Of a stretch of DNA of 64,000 bases, positions 38,390 to 50,400 are shown in pieces; within the stretch, counting starts at the first letter, position 1; each line of letters opens with the position of its first letter. Under the pieces are notes generated by a model, which ran no database searches, was not told the DNA's origin, and saw nothing but the letters and a program-made list of their open reading frames with translations. This DNA is from Klebsormidium nitens (taxonomy: Eukaryota; Plantae; Klebsormidiophyceae): assembly GCA_000708835.1 (NCBI GenBank), contig DF237097.1, positions 28,815 through 92,814 of the forward strand, read 5' to 3'. A program made the position numbers and the translations under genes.

Positions 38390-39670
38390 CTGCTTCTCTC
38401 AGCAAAGATTGTTGATCTTACTCAAATGAAATTTCCTTGCTGCTGATTGAAAGGTCTTCTTGCCCCTAGGAAGGGTACGCATGCGCCAGGAAACGAAGGT
38501 CCTGCCAGGTCAGGTCCTGCACCTCAAGCTAGCTTGGAGATATACCACGATTGACTTTCAATCAAAGCTGGTCCTCAGGAGCCACCAATTGCATGCGCTC
38601 TAGAACGGCCCCTAAAAACGCGGCCGCGATCGGCTTTTGCCCTAATGTAATTGACTAAACAGTCGATCTTTGACCAAGATTATGGTCGTGCTGACGGGGC
38701 CACGTCGTGCGTCCAAACGGTTTGTGCGCCTGCTCAAAGCTTCGATAATCATGATGTTCTCGAGCTTGAGTCACCTCCTGAGCTTGATCTGTTGCTGTGG
38801 AAGTCGAACGTGCCAAACAACGATTTAGCATAATCTAGAAGTGCAGCTGCGCTCAGCAACGTCCATTGCTTTGCGCTCGATCGACCTTTTCGAGGTGCAC
38901 TAGCACGCCATCAGGCTGGTCTGAGCTCTACAAACGGACTAGAGTGTTAGAAATTGCTCCTTCTGCCGTCGAGTACAAAAGCTTCCCGGCTCCGACATCC
39001 CTCCGTAGCTGTTGAACAGGCTTGGCGCAACTCATAACCACCTCTATAAGAGGTTACCAAGTCTTGTTGTTCCTTGTCATGCAATTGTTAAACATCATGA
39101 TCAAGAGATTGAGACGTTGATGGTCGTAGGGTGTGACGTTATGTTCAAGATGCCGTGACGTGTCATTTTTGCGCAGTATCTGGGAATAGACCGTTCAAGA
39201 TTTACTGAAGCCTTGCATCCAGTGTCAATTCGCGGAAAGCGATGTGACGTTACCATAGTCGCGATGAAAATGAAGAGGACAAGACGCGCTATTTTCTGAC
39301 CTACGTCAGGACTCAGCAGGTTGGAGGAACGAGGTGGAAGCTTTCAAAACCTCTAAGAGGCTTTCAGAAAACGTAGTTTGGAGGCAAAGCGCGCCTGCAT
39401 GCAATTCAAGGCCGCCCTCGCGTGCGGCGCGCTTCAAAAGGGCACAAGATTAGCAGCAGATTGCGCCGCCTGAGACTCTGCAAGGAGAGGCGATGCGAGT
39501 GTTTGCCTCCGTCATGATGGCCTGGGTTTGCCACCTTAAAACTTGACTGCGCGGAGTGTAGGCTTAGTAGCAGAGTTTCTGAAGGATTGGAGCAGTCCTC
39601 ATGCACATTCCCTTAAGCAGGTAGACCTTGCGTCCAAACAGACTCTAGGAACAGAAGCTCCTGTTGCAAG

Positions 39671-42334
39671 ATGCCTTCCGAAGCAGCAGAAAAGGCTGAG
39701 AGGAGGGCTCAGAAGAAAAGAGAGCGACAAAGTCGCATCCCCAAGTCCATGGAAGGGGGTGACTCCATTCTAGTCTCGTGGGAAGAATTTCAGACCATCT
39801 TCAAAAGAGCTTTAGAGATGATAGGCGTAACAGATGTCAATTTTGACATGGAACAGGAGAAGGTACAGTTTTCAAGCGCGGATGCGCCCAAGGGTGCGAT
39901 TGTGAGCTCCGCAATGCGCAACGTATACAACAAACAGAAGTTCTTTCCAGCGCAACATTGTCTCTACGCGGTTGCAAGGGAGTCGATGAGAGGAACCCTT
40001 CATCAATTGAAGGCCGTTTTCGACACTGGTGACGAGGACCCGCCAGAGAACCTCTTCCTAACGGTCAAGACGCATGAACACGTTCTCCGCTACAACAATT
40101 TTGTGGACTCGCGCACTGGCGAGCGCTTCGATCACGTGGTGTACCGGCCTGTCAGCAGCAACACCGGAGAGCTCTTCATCGCCCTAGTCATCGGAACCCC
40201 TGGATTAGACTCCTGGATCCCTTCTCAGAGACTCAAGCGGTGGAAAATGACAGAGGAAGAAGCGATTGCGCTGGCAATCAGGAACATGGAGAGGATCACG
40301 CCCCCTCACCTGGCGTGCAGGGTGATGACTCATGATCGGAAAAACTTCACCAAGTATCAGGAGATGAGCCGCAGACGGGATGCGCTCACCCCCATCAAGC
40401 AGATGTTTCCAGGAGAAAAGGGAGGGGGTGGAGCCCTCATCGTCTCGTTTGCTGATGCGCGCGCGATCCCTCGGCTCCTGCTGCCACGTGTTGTCGAAAG
40501 ACTGGCTGAACTCTTGCGCTGCAAAGCCACCTCGATAGTCGTGATTCCCGTCGACGATAACATGTTCCGCGCCGCCTCTGCTGAAGACCCCAAGGGGATG
40601 CTGCTCATGGCTATCCACCAGATTCTGCCCTACACACAAGGAGACAACAGGCACTTGCAGTGCAAGGTCTCCTAAAACCCCTTTCGGGTGAGGAAAATCC
40701 AACTTACTTTGTGCTTTTCTGAATGTAAATCAGGTGCTGAATTCCTGATCAAGCCTGTGAATTTGCTCGTTCTGAGACCGGTGGATGTCCAAAACTTCTG
40801 TCAAAACTAGCAAGACTTTATGCAGGAGGTTCGTCCGTACAATCATCTTCCAGGTCTCCCCGTCCCGTTTTCATTCTTCTTCTGATCAAGTGTGCCTTTA
40901 TCTTGTTCTTGCTATCCATTCTGTCCTTCGGCCACCGCAACTTCAGATGCGGGCCATCCATTACGAGTCACATCTCGTGACCACACGTGTTGCTATCGCT
41001 GACGCTTCCGCACGTGCCGCTGACGTCAACGCAGGTGACGAAGCTCCGCAACGAGATGGGCCTGGCGGAGCTCGAGCCGTACCTGGTCGACGGCGGCCGC
41101 TTCGCGGTGCAGTTCTGGGAGGGCGCCAAAAAGAAGGCCTTCTACCCATACCCGCGCACAGAAGACGACATCCACTTTCTGGAAGATGCTTACGGCCGGT
41201 CCGCCAAGAGAGGATTCGTCATGACGCTCACGGAGGATGTGTTCCTGCAAGGGGTGTGCTGGCAGGTACGACAATCTTGCATTCTGAGCGAGAATGGCTT
41301 CGATTCTTTTAAGTATGTCATGACAGGCTCTGTCGCAATAGAGCGTTCGAGACCAGGTCGTAACAGGGACTGCTCACTGATAAGACCGCCAGGTTGAGAA
41401 CGTCTGAAGGCGCTTTGAGAACCTTTTGCTTTTATGGAGAGTGGAAGTGAGCTGAGGACGAACAGGTCTGTTATGATGGCAGTCTCTTCAAACGCGCAAA
41501 TCACGTGTAGAATCCATACTTTGTTCAGTATACGTACCGTTCGCATCCGACGGAACAACGGACAGCTGTTCATTTAGCCCTCACCTTCCTACAGCATTCC
41601 GTACACGCTCACGAGACACTTTGCTGTGCCTTTTTTGATTCGTTGCTGCCCAATTTCGGGATGCTTACGGCAACGATCTTCGATGCAGTGCCGTCAGAAA
41701 AGCGACCGTCTGATGAAGTGCGGCAACTGCAAGAAGGCCAACTACTGTTCGAGAGGTGAGAAAAGCACGAATAAAATTCTTAATCAGTCGGTCTTGTTCA
41801 GGAACTATACCTGGTCTCCAAGCGTCAAAGAGAGCTTCTCCAAATATACACTTAGGAGGTCTTCCAAGTTGCATTGCGTCCGCAATCTGATCTGTTCTCT
41901 TTGAAAAACTTCCCAACAAATGACGAAGAATTAGAAGCAGTCACGCCAGTAGTCCATCCACACAGATGGACTCCACATGTCTTCTCACTCGGCTCGACGG
42001 GAGACCGGGCACATAATTCCATTAAGCTTCTCACTTTCAAGCTTCTCTACAGAGCATATATAAGACTCTTATCTGGAACCCGGATATCAGAAGGGGCTGG
42101 ACTCAACTCTAATTGGCTCAAACAAATAAGTGTTTTGCGATGCTCTTATAAGCAGAGTGTCAGAAGGAGGCATGGGCGGCCGGCCACAACGTCAACTGCG
42201 AGGAACGGCGGCGCTACTGGGAAAAGGCGAAAATGTGCCGGTTCTCGAAGTCTATGATGGACAAGTCGAAGGAAGCTAGAGCCACGCTTTCCGACGCAGA
42301 CTTGGAACGCCTCCGGAAGGTCTCAACAGCTTGA
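39671..42334 (+). CDS. MYND zinc-finger protein with a large uncharacterised N-terminal domain (possibly DUF1444/YtpQ-like), copy 1, ~490 aa
   Basis: Exons 39671-40666, 41035-41265, 41689-41755, 42156-42334. Complete MYND finger CWQ|CRQKSDRLMKCGNCKKANYCSR|ECQKEAWAAGHNVNC. Confidence 0.88.
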
Positions 42335-43619
42335 CGTACAGACTGGCATGATCTGTTTTGGGCGGTTAGTCAGACGAACGTCCAGTCACTGGTCCTGATG
42401 TAGTGATTTGCACAAATCGTGCTTACAATCAAACTCAGTCGATGCGAACTCTCAGGATCAGCAAGACAAGAGGGTGACATGTACTGCGGACTATGAGCTA
42501 TAGGTGGATTCTGACCCAATATTGACAGTCACGAGGCAGCAGCCTGTTCATCGAGACTCCGCTTCACGTTCCTTTAGTTCAAGGTTTCGTGGCAATCTAC
42601 CTTACTAGCTGACACTCAAGAATTTTATATCAAACGCTGTTCAGGAGCTTTCAGATCAGGGGGATTGCAGGTGTACGCATAAGGACTTCATCATCTGCTC
42701 ACATGTATGGTCGGCTTCGAGATCGCTGCTGTGTAATTCGAGATCACGTTGCAAACCGGTTTTCAATCGTGCTGTGCAACAGGAATTCCGCACGGATCTT
42801 GACGCATTGAATGTACGCGACGATCCGTTTTAGGACGCATACACGTTGATCTTCTACAGAAATTGAATATCAAGATCTAAATTCTCAGCGAGCCATGGCA
42901 CAATAGCTCGGCGCGCCCTCTGAGCAACTATCTCTAAGAGCTAGGCATGCTGTAGTCACTGCTGTAATGTCAGTGATATATATGCACATGCCGCGGTGGC
43001 ACGTTACTGAACATGCGGAGCATGCTGTCGGGCGGGCGCCGCTATGATCAAACTTGAAGCTGCGGCACCACTTCAATATTTTGAGCGCAATCCGCTCGCG
43101 CAACAGTCTGCATCTTGTCGACGGTTCAAAACTCACTGAGTCTGTGCATAATTGCCTTGCATCCAGTGTCGATCTTATACGCAAAGGCGATGTGATGTTA
43201 AGTCCAACCGCAGTCGATCCTACGCAATTGGACAGAACGCGCTAATTCCTGAGCTACGTCAGCCAGTCGGAACGAGGTGAACGCTTTCAAGAGCTTTAGA
43301 GAACGTTTAGATGAGAGGTAAAGCACGCCTGCATGCGAGTGAAGGCCGCCCCGCCTGCGGCGCGCTTCAAAGTGGGGAACAAGAGCAGCAGGTAACGCCG
43401 CCTGAGGCTCTGCAAGAAAACGCGGTGCGAGCGTCTGCCTCCGTCATGGTGGCTTAGGTTTCCTTCCTTGGGATTTGCTGGCGCGGAGTATAGGCTTAGC
43501 AGCAGCTTTTCTGAAGGTTTGGAGCACTGCGCATGCAGATCCCTTTAAGCAGATAGATCTTGCGTGCAAACCTAATCATCTCCGAACACAGTTTCGGATC
43601 AGAAAGCTCTTGTCGCAAG

Positions 43620-46310
43620 ATGCCTTCCGAAGCAGCAGAAAAGGCTGAGAGGAGGGCTCAGAAGAGAAGAGAGCGAGAAAGTCGCATCCCCAAGTCCATG
43701 GAAGGGGGTGACTCCATTCTGATCTCGTGGGAAGAGTTTCAGACCATCTTCAAGAGAGCTCTAGAGATGATAGATGCAACAGACGTCAAATTTGACATGG
43801 AAGAGGAGGAGGCGAGGTTTTCAAGAGCAGATGCGCCGAAGGGTGCAATTGTGACTTCCGCAATGCGCAACCTGTACAACAAGCTGAAATTCTTCCCGGC
43901 GCAAAATTGTCTCTACGCGGTTGCAAGCGAGATGAAAGGGATTCTCGATGAGGCGAAAGCCGTTTTCGACACTGGTGACGAGGACCCGCCAGAGAACCTC
44001 TTCCTAACAGTCAAAACGCATGAGCACGTCCTCCGCTACAACAACTACGTGGACTCGCGCACTGGCGAGCGCTTTGATCACGTGGTGTACCGGCCTGTCA
44101 GCAGCAACACCGGAGAGCTCTTCATCGCCTTAGTCATCGGAACCCCTGGATTGGACTCCTGGATCCCTTCTCAGAGACTCAAGCGCTGGAACATGACAGA
44201 GGAAGAAGCTATTGCGCTGGCAATCAGGAACCTGGAGAGGATCACGCCCCCTCACCTGGCGTGCAGGGTGGTGAGTCATGGTCGAAATGACCTCAAAAAG
44301 TATCTGGAAATCAGCCGCAGACGGGATGCACTCACTCCTATCAAGCAGATGTTTCCACGAGAAAAGGGAGGGGGAGGAGCCCTCATCGTCTCGTTTGCTG
44401 ACGCACGCGCAATCCCACGACTCCTGCTGCCACGTGTTGTCGAAAGACTGGCTGAAATCTTGCGCTGCAAAGCCACCTCGATAGTCGTGATTCCCGTCGA
44501 CGATAACATGTTCCGCGCCGCCTCTGCTGAAGACCCCACGGGGATGCTGCTCATGGCCATCCACCAGATTCTGCCCTACACCCAAGGAGACAACCGCCAC
44601 TTGCAGTACAAGGTGTCCTGGAACCCCTTTCGGGTAAGGATAATCCACCTTACTTTGTGCTGATTCAAATGTAAAGTAGCTGTTGACTTCCTGATCATCA
44701 AGTGAATTTGCTCTTCGTCAAGTTTTGTGATCTCCAAGACTTCCTGTTAACACTAGCAGAACTTTATGCAGAAAGTTCGTCCGTGCATTCTTCTTTCTGA
44801 TCTCCAGATATTCAAGGTCTCATTCTTCCTCTGATCAACTGTGCCTTTATCTTTTTCTTGCTGACATTCGGTCCTATTTCGGCCAGAGCAAACTTCAGAA
44901 GCAAGCAATCCACCGTCCTGAGTCGATTCAATTATGACTTTCATCTCGTGCTTTGCTTGCTTTTGCTGACGCTTCCGCACGTGCCGCTGACGTCACGCAG
45001 GTGACGAAGCTCCGCAACGAGATGGGCCTGGCGGAGCTCGAGCCGTACCTGGTCGACGGCGGCCGCTTCGCGGTGCAATTCTGGGAGGGCGCCAAGAAGA
45101 AGGTTTTCTACCCTTACCCGCGCACAGAAGACGACATCCACTTTCTGGAAGAGGCTTACGGCCGGTCGACCAAGAGACGCTTCATGATGATGCTCACGGA
45201 GGATGTCTTTCTGCAAGGGGTGTGCTGGCAGGTACGTAACCATTGCGTTTGGAGCGAGAATGATTTTGATGTTCCGAGTTGATCTTGTCAAGCAGTGTTG
45301 CAATTGAGCGTTCCGGACTATGTTATAAGAGGGACTTGCTCTTCGGTGAAGACTGTCTGGTTGAGGGCCTCTCAAGAGGCTTTGAGAACATTCTCTCTGG
45401 TGAAAAGTGGGAGCAAGCCGAGGACGAAAGGTTCTTTTATGATACTGGTCTCTTTCGAAGGGCAAGATTACGTGCAGAATCCATCCTCTGTGCAGTATAC
45501 GTACCGTTTGCATCCGACAGTCAAACGGAAAGATTTTCCAGTAGCCCTAGCCTTCCTTACAGCAGTCCGTAAACGTTGCACAGAATGTTCTGCAGTCTCC
45601 TTCCGATTTGTTGCTGCCCGATCTTGGATTGTTTCTGAGACGATCTTCATTGCAGTGCCGTCAGAAGTGCGACCGTCTGATGAAGTGCGGCAACTGCAAG
45701 AAGGCCAGTTACTGTTCGAGAGGTGAGAATAGCACGAAGAAAAGCTCTCAGTCAGTAGGTCATGAAATCAGACTCAGAAGCCACACCTGATCTCCAAGCG
45801 CGAAAGAAGCTTCTCCAGAATACCACTTGGAAGCTCTTCCAGTTTAATTGCTACCGTGATCCATGTTGTGTTCCCTTAAATAGTCCCCACAGCCAGATGG
45901 CTGGTCCCTGCAGCGGTTACGCCATCAGTCCATCTGCACAGATGGTGGAGACTCCGTATGTCTTCTGACTCAGCTCAAAGGGGGATGATCCGACAGAATC
46001 TTCAATAGCCTTCTCGCGATCAAGCTTCTTCTAATGGCTTTTAAAGAGGCTCACTCACCCAAGCCCAATCATAAGACGGGGACACTCAGAAAACTCGAAA
46101 ATCAAGTGTTTCGCACCGCTGTTGTATCCAGATTGTCAGAAGAAGGCATGGGCGGCCGGCCACAACGTCAACTGCGAGGAACGGCGGCGCTACTGGGAAA
46201 AGGCGAAAATGTGCCGGTTCTCGAAATCAATGATGGACAAGTCGAAGGAAGCTGGAGCCACGCTTTCCGACGCAGACTTGGAACGCCTCCGGAAGGTCTC
46301 AACAGCTTGA
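43620..46310 (+). CDS. MYND zinc-finger protein, tandem paralogue copy 2, ~489 aa
   Basis: Exons 43620-44612, 45001-45231, 45656-45722, 46132-46310. Same exon structure as copy 1 with intact MYND ligands. Confidence 0.88.
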
Positions 46311-47460
46311 CGTGCAGACGTGGCCTGATTTGTTATGGGCGGATCTTCTTGCGAATATACAGACACTGGTGCTGATGTAGTGACTTGCAAACATCGGATT
46401 CGAGCTTGCATTCAATCCAGTTGATGGGAAATCTCAAGCTGAAGCAAAACGGTGACATGTACTGCGGACTAGGAGCTATAGGTCGATTCTAAACGAAGAT
46501 TGACGGTCAAGGGCCGGTAACGGGTTCATTGAGACTCCGAATCACATTCCTTTGGAAGCTCCCGTGGCAATCTATCTCGCTGGCTGACACTCAAACATGA
46601 TTTCAAACCGGCTGTTCGGGAGCTATCAGATCAGGAGATTGGAGTTGGACGCATGAGGTCGTCTTAATCATCTGCTGACATGTATGGTCTGCTTTGAGAT
46701 CGCTGTATAGCTCGCGTTGAAACAACTTCGAACAGCACGGATCGACGCTTTGAATGTATGCGACTCCGTTTAAGACGCACCTTGATACGTTTACTAGCAC
46801 ACACGTCCGAAATTCTATACAGAATGTGGATGTCAAGATTCTAATGCGAGCCATGCATGGCACATGCGTAGCTCGGCGCGCCCACGTACTGAGCAACTAT
46901 GTCTAAGAGCTGCATGTGCTGTAACTTATGTCAGCAATTTATGAGTCCACATGTGCGGTGGCATATCACTGAACGTGCGAAGCATGCAGGAGGGCGCCAT
47001 AATCAAATTTGAAGCCGCGGCATGCGATATCAACACTGTACATACTTTGACCACACTTCTGCACGAATGTGTATGTATATGTACCATTATGGAGGGCCGC
47101 CCATGCAGATTGAGAGGTGTTGAGGATATCTAAATGTGGCTCAGTCCGGCCGAAAGACGAAAGCACAGGAAACACATGCATGTGGAATTGCAGGACGCCT
47201 CGCCCAAGCACTGAACCCACGGGCGTTCAATCAAGGGCGGCCGCCACTTACATAAGCGCATATCAATGTCTGCGTGACAGTGCCGGGCAGTCAGAGGCAT
47301 GCTTCATACGCGGCCGCTTTAAAATGGAAAGGCGCGATGCGATGAGAGCCCACTGCATCTTTGTAAAAGGATCATGGTTGAAACACATTTACTTGTACTC
47401 GAGCAACCTTTTGCATTCGAGCGTCCCAGTTCGCAGCATCAGCACTGGCAACTGCCAATA

Positions 47461-50400
47461 TCAGAAAGTTTCGGACAGTGTCAGGAAGAAAGGAGTAATG
47501 CTCGCTTTTCTTGCGGGCTCGGGTTCGGGCAGTGGCTCATCCACGTCCATTTCGAGCTGCAAGAAGTCAGCCCCCAGGTCATCGCCCAGCAATTCGCCGA
47601 CATTCTCGTCCGCCCCGTTCTCCCCCTCACCCACAGCCGAAACCCCCACCCCAGCCGCGGACGCCGCTTCCCCGCTCAACCCCCGAGGAACCTCCTCAGT
47701 TTCCTCCACTTTCCCGGCATGCACCTGCTCGGAAGCCGACCCTCCAACAGGCGCCGCAGCCTCTTCACGCGCATCCGGCTGTTCCGTTTCCGCTGCGAGC
47801 ACCTTCCGTCCCCCTGTTGCCAGCTCTGCTGGCATAGCCGGCTTCTCGAGCCTGCCCGACAGTCCACCGCTCTTATCAACCGCACCCTCAACCGTCCCGT
47901 TCGAACGCTTCGCTTCAATCTCCACCAACCCTCGCCATTCTGCCACGCTGTCAACTTCACGCACTCCTGACATGGCCCCCGTTCCACGATCCTCCGATTT
48001 CGGCGCTGCCACCGGTTCCGCTGCGGGCTTGGCATTCCGTTCCTGCGGACTCGATGCTTCACTGGGCAGACCCGACTCCTTTCCGACACCCCGCCCCTCC
48101 ACCGGTGCTTTTCCCACCTCGCAGTCACGTGGCGGCTTGAAGACGACGCCACGTGGCAGCGACCCAGAAGCTCTCCCCTGCCCAGCCAAATCTTTGCCCG
48201 CTCCGGGACTCGCTGCGTTGCTTGGACCCTTCGATCCGTTTCCCCTCGCCTGAGACTCTCCCTCTCGTTTCCCCTCCGCTGATCTTGGCCTGACCACCTC
48301 AGAGTGTCCCTTCTCGCTTCTCCGCCGCTCGAGCTCCCTATCATACAAACCCTTCCCCGCTTGCCCCGACTCCCGACCACTCTCATGACCATGCCGCGCC
48401 GACGTAGCCCCCTTTCCCGGATCGGAGGGCGTACCACCGGGCGCTCGAGCGCCGGCTTCCCCCTCGGGCCTCCTCCCTGCTGACTGCTGGTGTGAACGCG
48501 CCCCACCCGGCCCTCCTTCTCGCCTCCGGTCGTCAAATTCGCGCCGCCGCTCTCGCTCGGTCTGACGTTCTCGCTCTGTGTCCCTTCCCCTGAGATGCGG
48601 ACGGCTGACGTCAGGAGATGACGCCCGTGGCGAGCGCCTCCCCCCCCGATCCAACGGTTTCCGCACGTTCCTCTCAACCTGTCTCTCTCTTACCGGGCGC
48701 GAAGGAGTTCTGCGAGCGTCTCTTTGCGCGGGCCTATCAGCTCCTCTTTCAACCTGTCTTCCTCTCCCCCTGGGCGAAGGACTTCTGCGAGCGTCTCTTT
48801 GCAAGGATTTGTCGACTTCCGACCCCTTCCCCGCGTCTCTCCCCCCATCCGTTCTCCTCTTGTCGTCTTGCCGAGGAGCAGGTCGGTCGTCTCTCTCCCT
48901 CGGAACCGTTGCCCTTTCCCCCGACTTGTTTGTTACCCCGTTACCTTTTCCTCCGTCCAACGGCCGCGCCAGCACAGCCTGCGCCTCTTTCCGATCCGGT
49001 TCTTCCTGCAAGCCAGTCGGCATCCGTTCCCGTTCTCTCACCTCAGATCCGTCCGCTCTCCTACTATCGTCTCTTAATCGACCTTCTCCTCCGCTCACCT
49101 TCAGCGTCGGCTTCTCGCGGTCTTTTACCGTCCCCAAACCCCCCGCTGCGATCTCGTTCTTCTCACCCTTTTTCTCTCCATCCGCTCTGCCTCTTCCTTC
49201 GCCTGTCCCGTCCCCCCGCTTCGCCTTCTTCGCTTCTTCGCCTCGTTCCGCCCTTCCTTCTTCGCGACCACGCTTCTGAAAACGACTCCCCTCAAGACCG
49301 CCCGCTTTCTCCCCGGTCATCTTCCTTCCGCCCGCAACTCCTCCACCCGTCACTTTTCTCTCGCCTGCAGCTCCCTCGGACCCCTCGCTGGCAATCTCCC
49401 CTTCCTCTAACGCCCGCTTCCTGACCCCAATTGCACCCCGCTCCCCTCCCGACTGAGCGACACCTCTCGACACCTTCCCTCCCTCGGACCCCTTCAACCC
49501 GCTATCCGCAGCGCCCCCCTGCTTTCCCCCCAAACCGTTCCCATCCCCTCTTCCCCCAGTTACACCGCCGCTTGCTTTCCCCCTCAGAATGTCTCCCATC
49601 GTTGCCGGCTGTAGTCTCACCACTCCACCCCCCTGCTTCAGATCCTCACTCGCTGCCGCACGAGAACCCCCCGAAACGTGGCCTCCATGCCCCGAACCCG
49701 TTACCATTCGCCCCTGCACCGCCGCCGTGTTCGGCGATTGCTGCCGCATCCTGCTCCGCTCGTCTGCCGCTTTCCGTTCCTCGCGACGTTGGCCCGTCTC
49801 TTCCCGTAGACTGAGCCGGCTCGAAACCGGCGACACTTTCTGGGTCCGCTTCCCTTCTCTTGTCGCCTCCCCACCTTCCCCACCAGACCCGTCCGTCTCA
49901 AGACTGCGATTGGACCCCCGGGGGAAAGCTTCATGCCCTAAACCGCTCCCTGATATTTGATTTCCTCCGCGAACCAAAACTGCCCGGGGGCCGTCCGATG
50001 GTGTCCCGCTACCCGATCGAACGCTCCGAGCCGAGTCTGCATCACCAAGCCGCTCGAAAATGCTCCTCCGCCTCGGCTCAGGAGATTCCGTCCCTCGTTC
50101 TAGTTCCTCCACCCTCTCCTCCTCCGACTGACGACCTTCTCCTTGCTCGGGGGAGTCGGAACTTCGCTCTAGTTCTCCCGACTCTGATTGGCCGCGCTCT
50201 GCCCTCTGCCGCTCCGCCGAGTGCTTCATAACCAGCACGGTGCGCAGGTCCGTTCTCGCGACCGGGGGCTGGGGAACCGGGGACGAAGGGCCGGGGTTTT
50301 GCTGGGAGCGAGCGCCTGGGGAACGACCTACCGGGTGGAGAGGCGCTCGGAAAAGGCGGCCGAGAGACTTAACCTGGAAGAAAGGCAGGGCGATAGGAAT

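Larger units (their letters stand above)
39140..47030 (+). repeat. Direct tandem segmental duplication, ~3.95-kb unit, two copies, each carrying one MYND gene
   Basis: GCCTTGCATCCAGTGTC at 39210 and 43154. The ATGs are offset by 3949 bp. The 3' flanks are shared, e.g. CTGAGCAACTAT.TCTAAGAGCT at ~42921 and ~46889. Confidence 0.9.

Noticed and set aside
47117-50231. Long plus-strand ORFs (47117..48253, 48578..49279, 48618..49424 and others)
   Set aside because: Ser/Pro-rich antisense shadows of the GC-rich DCD tail exon, with no motifs.
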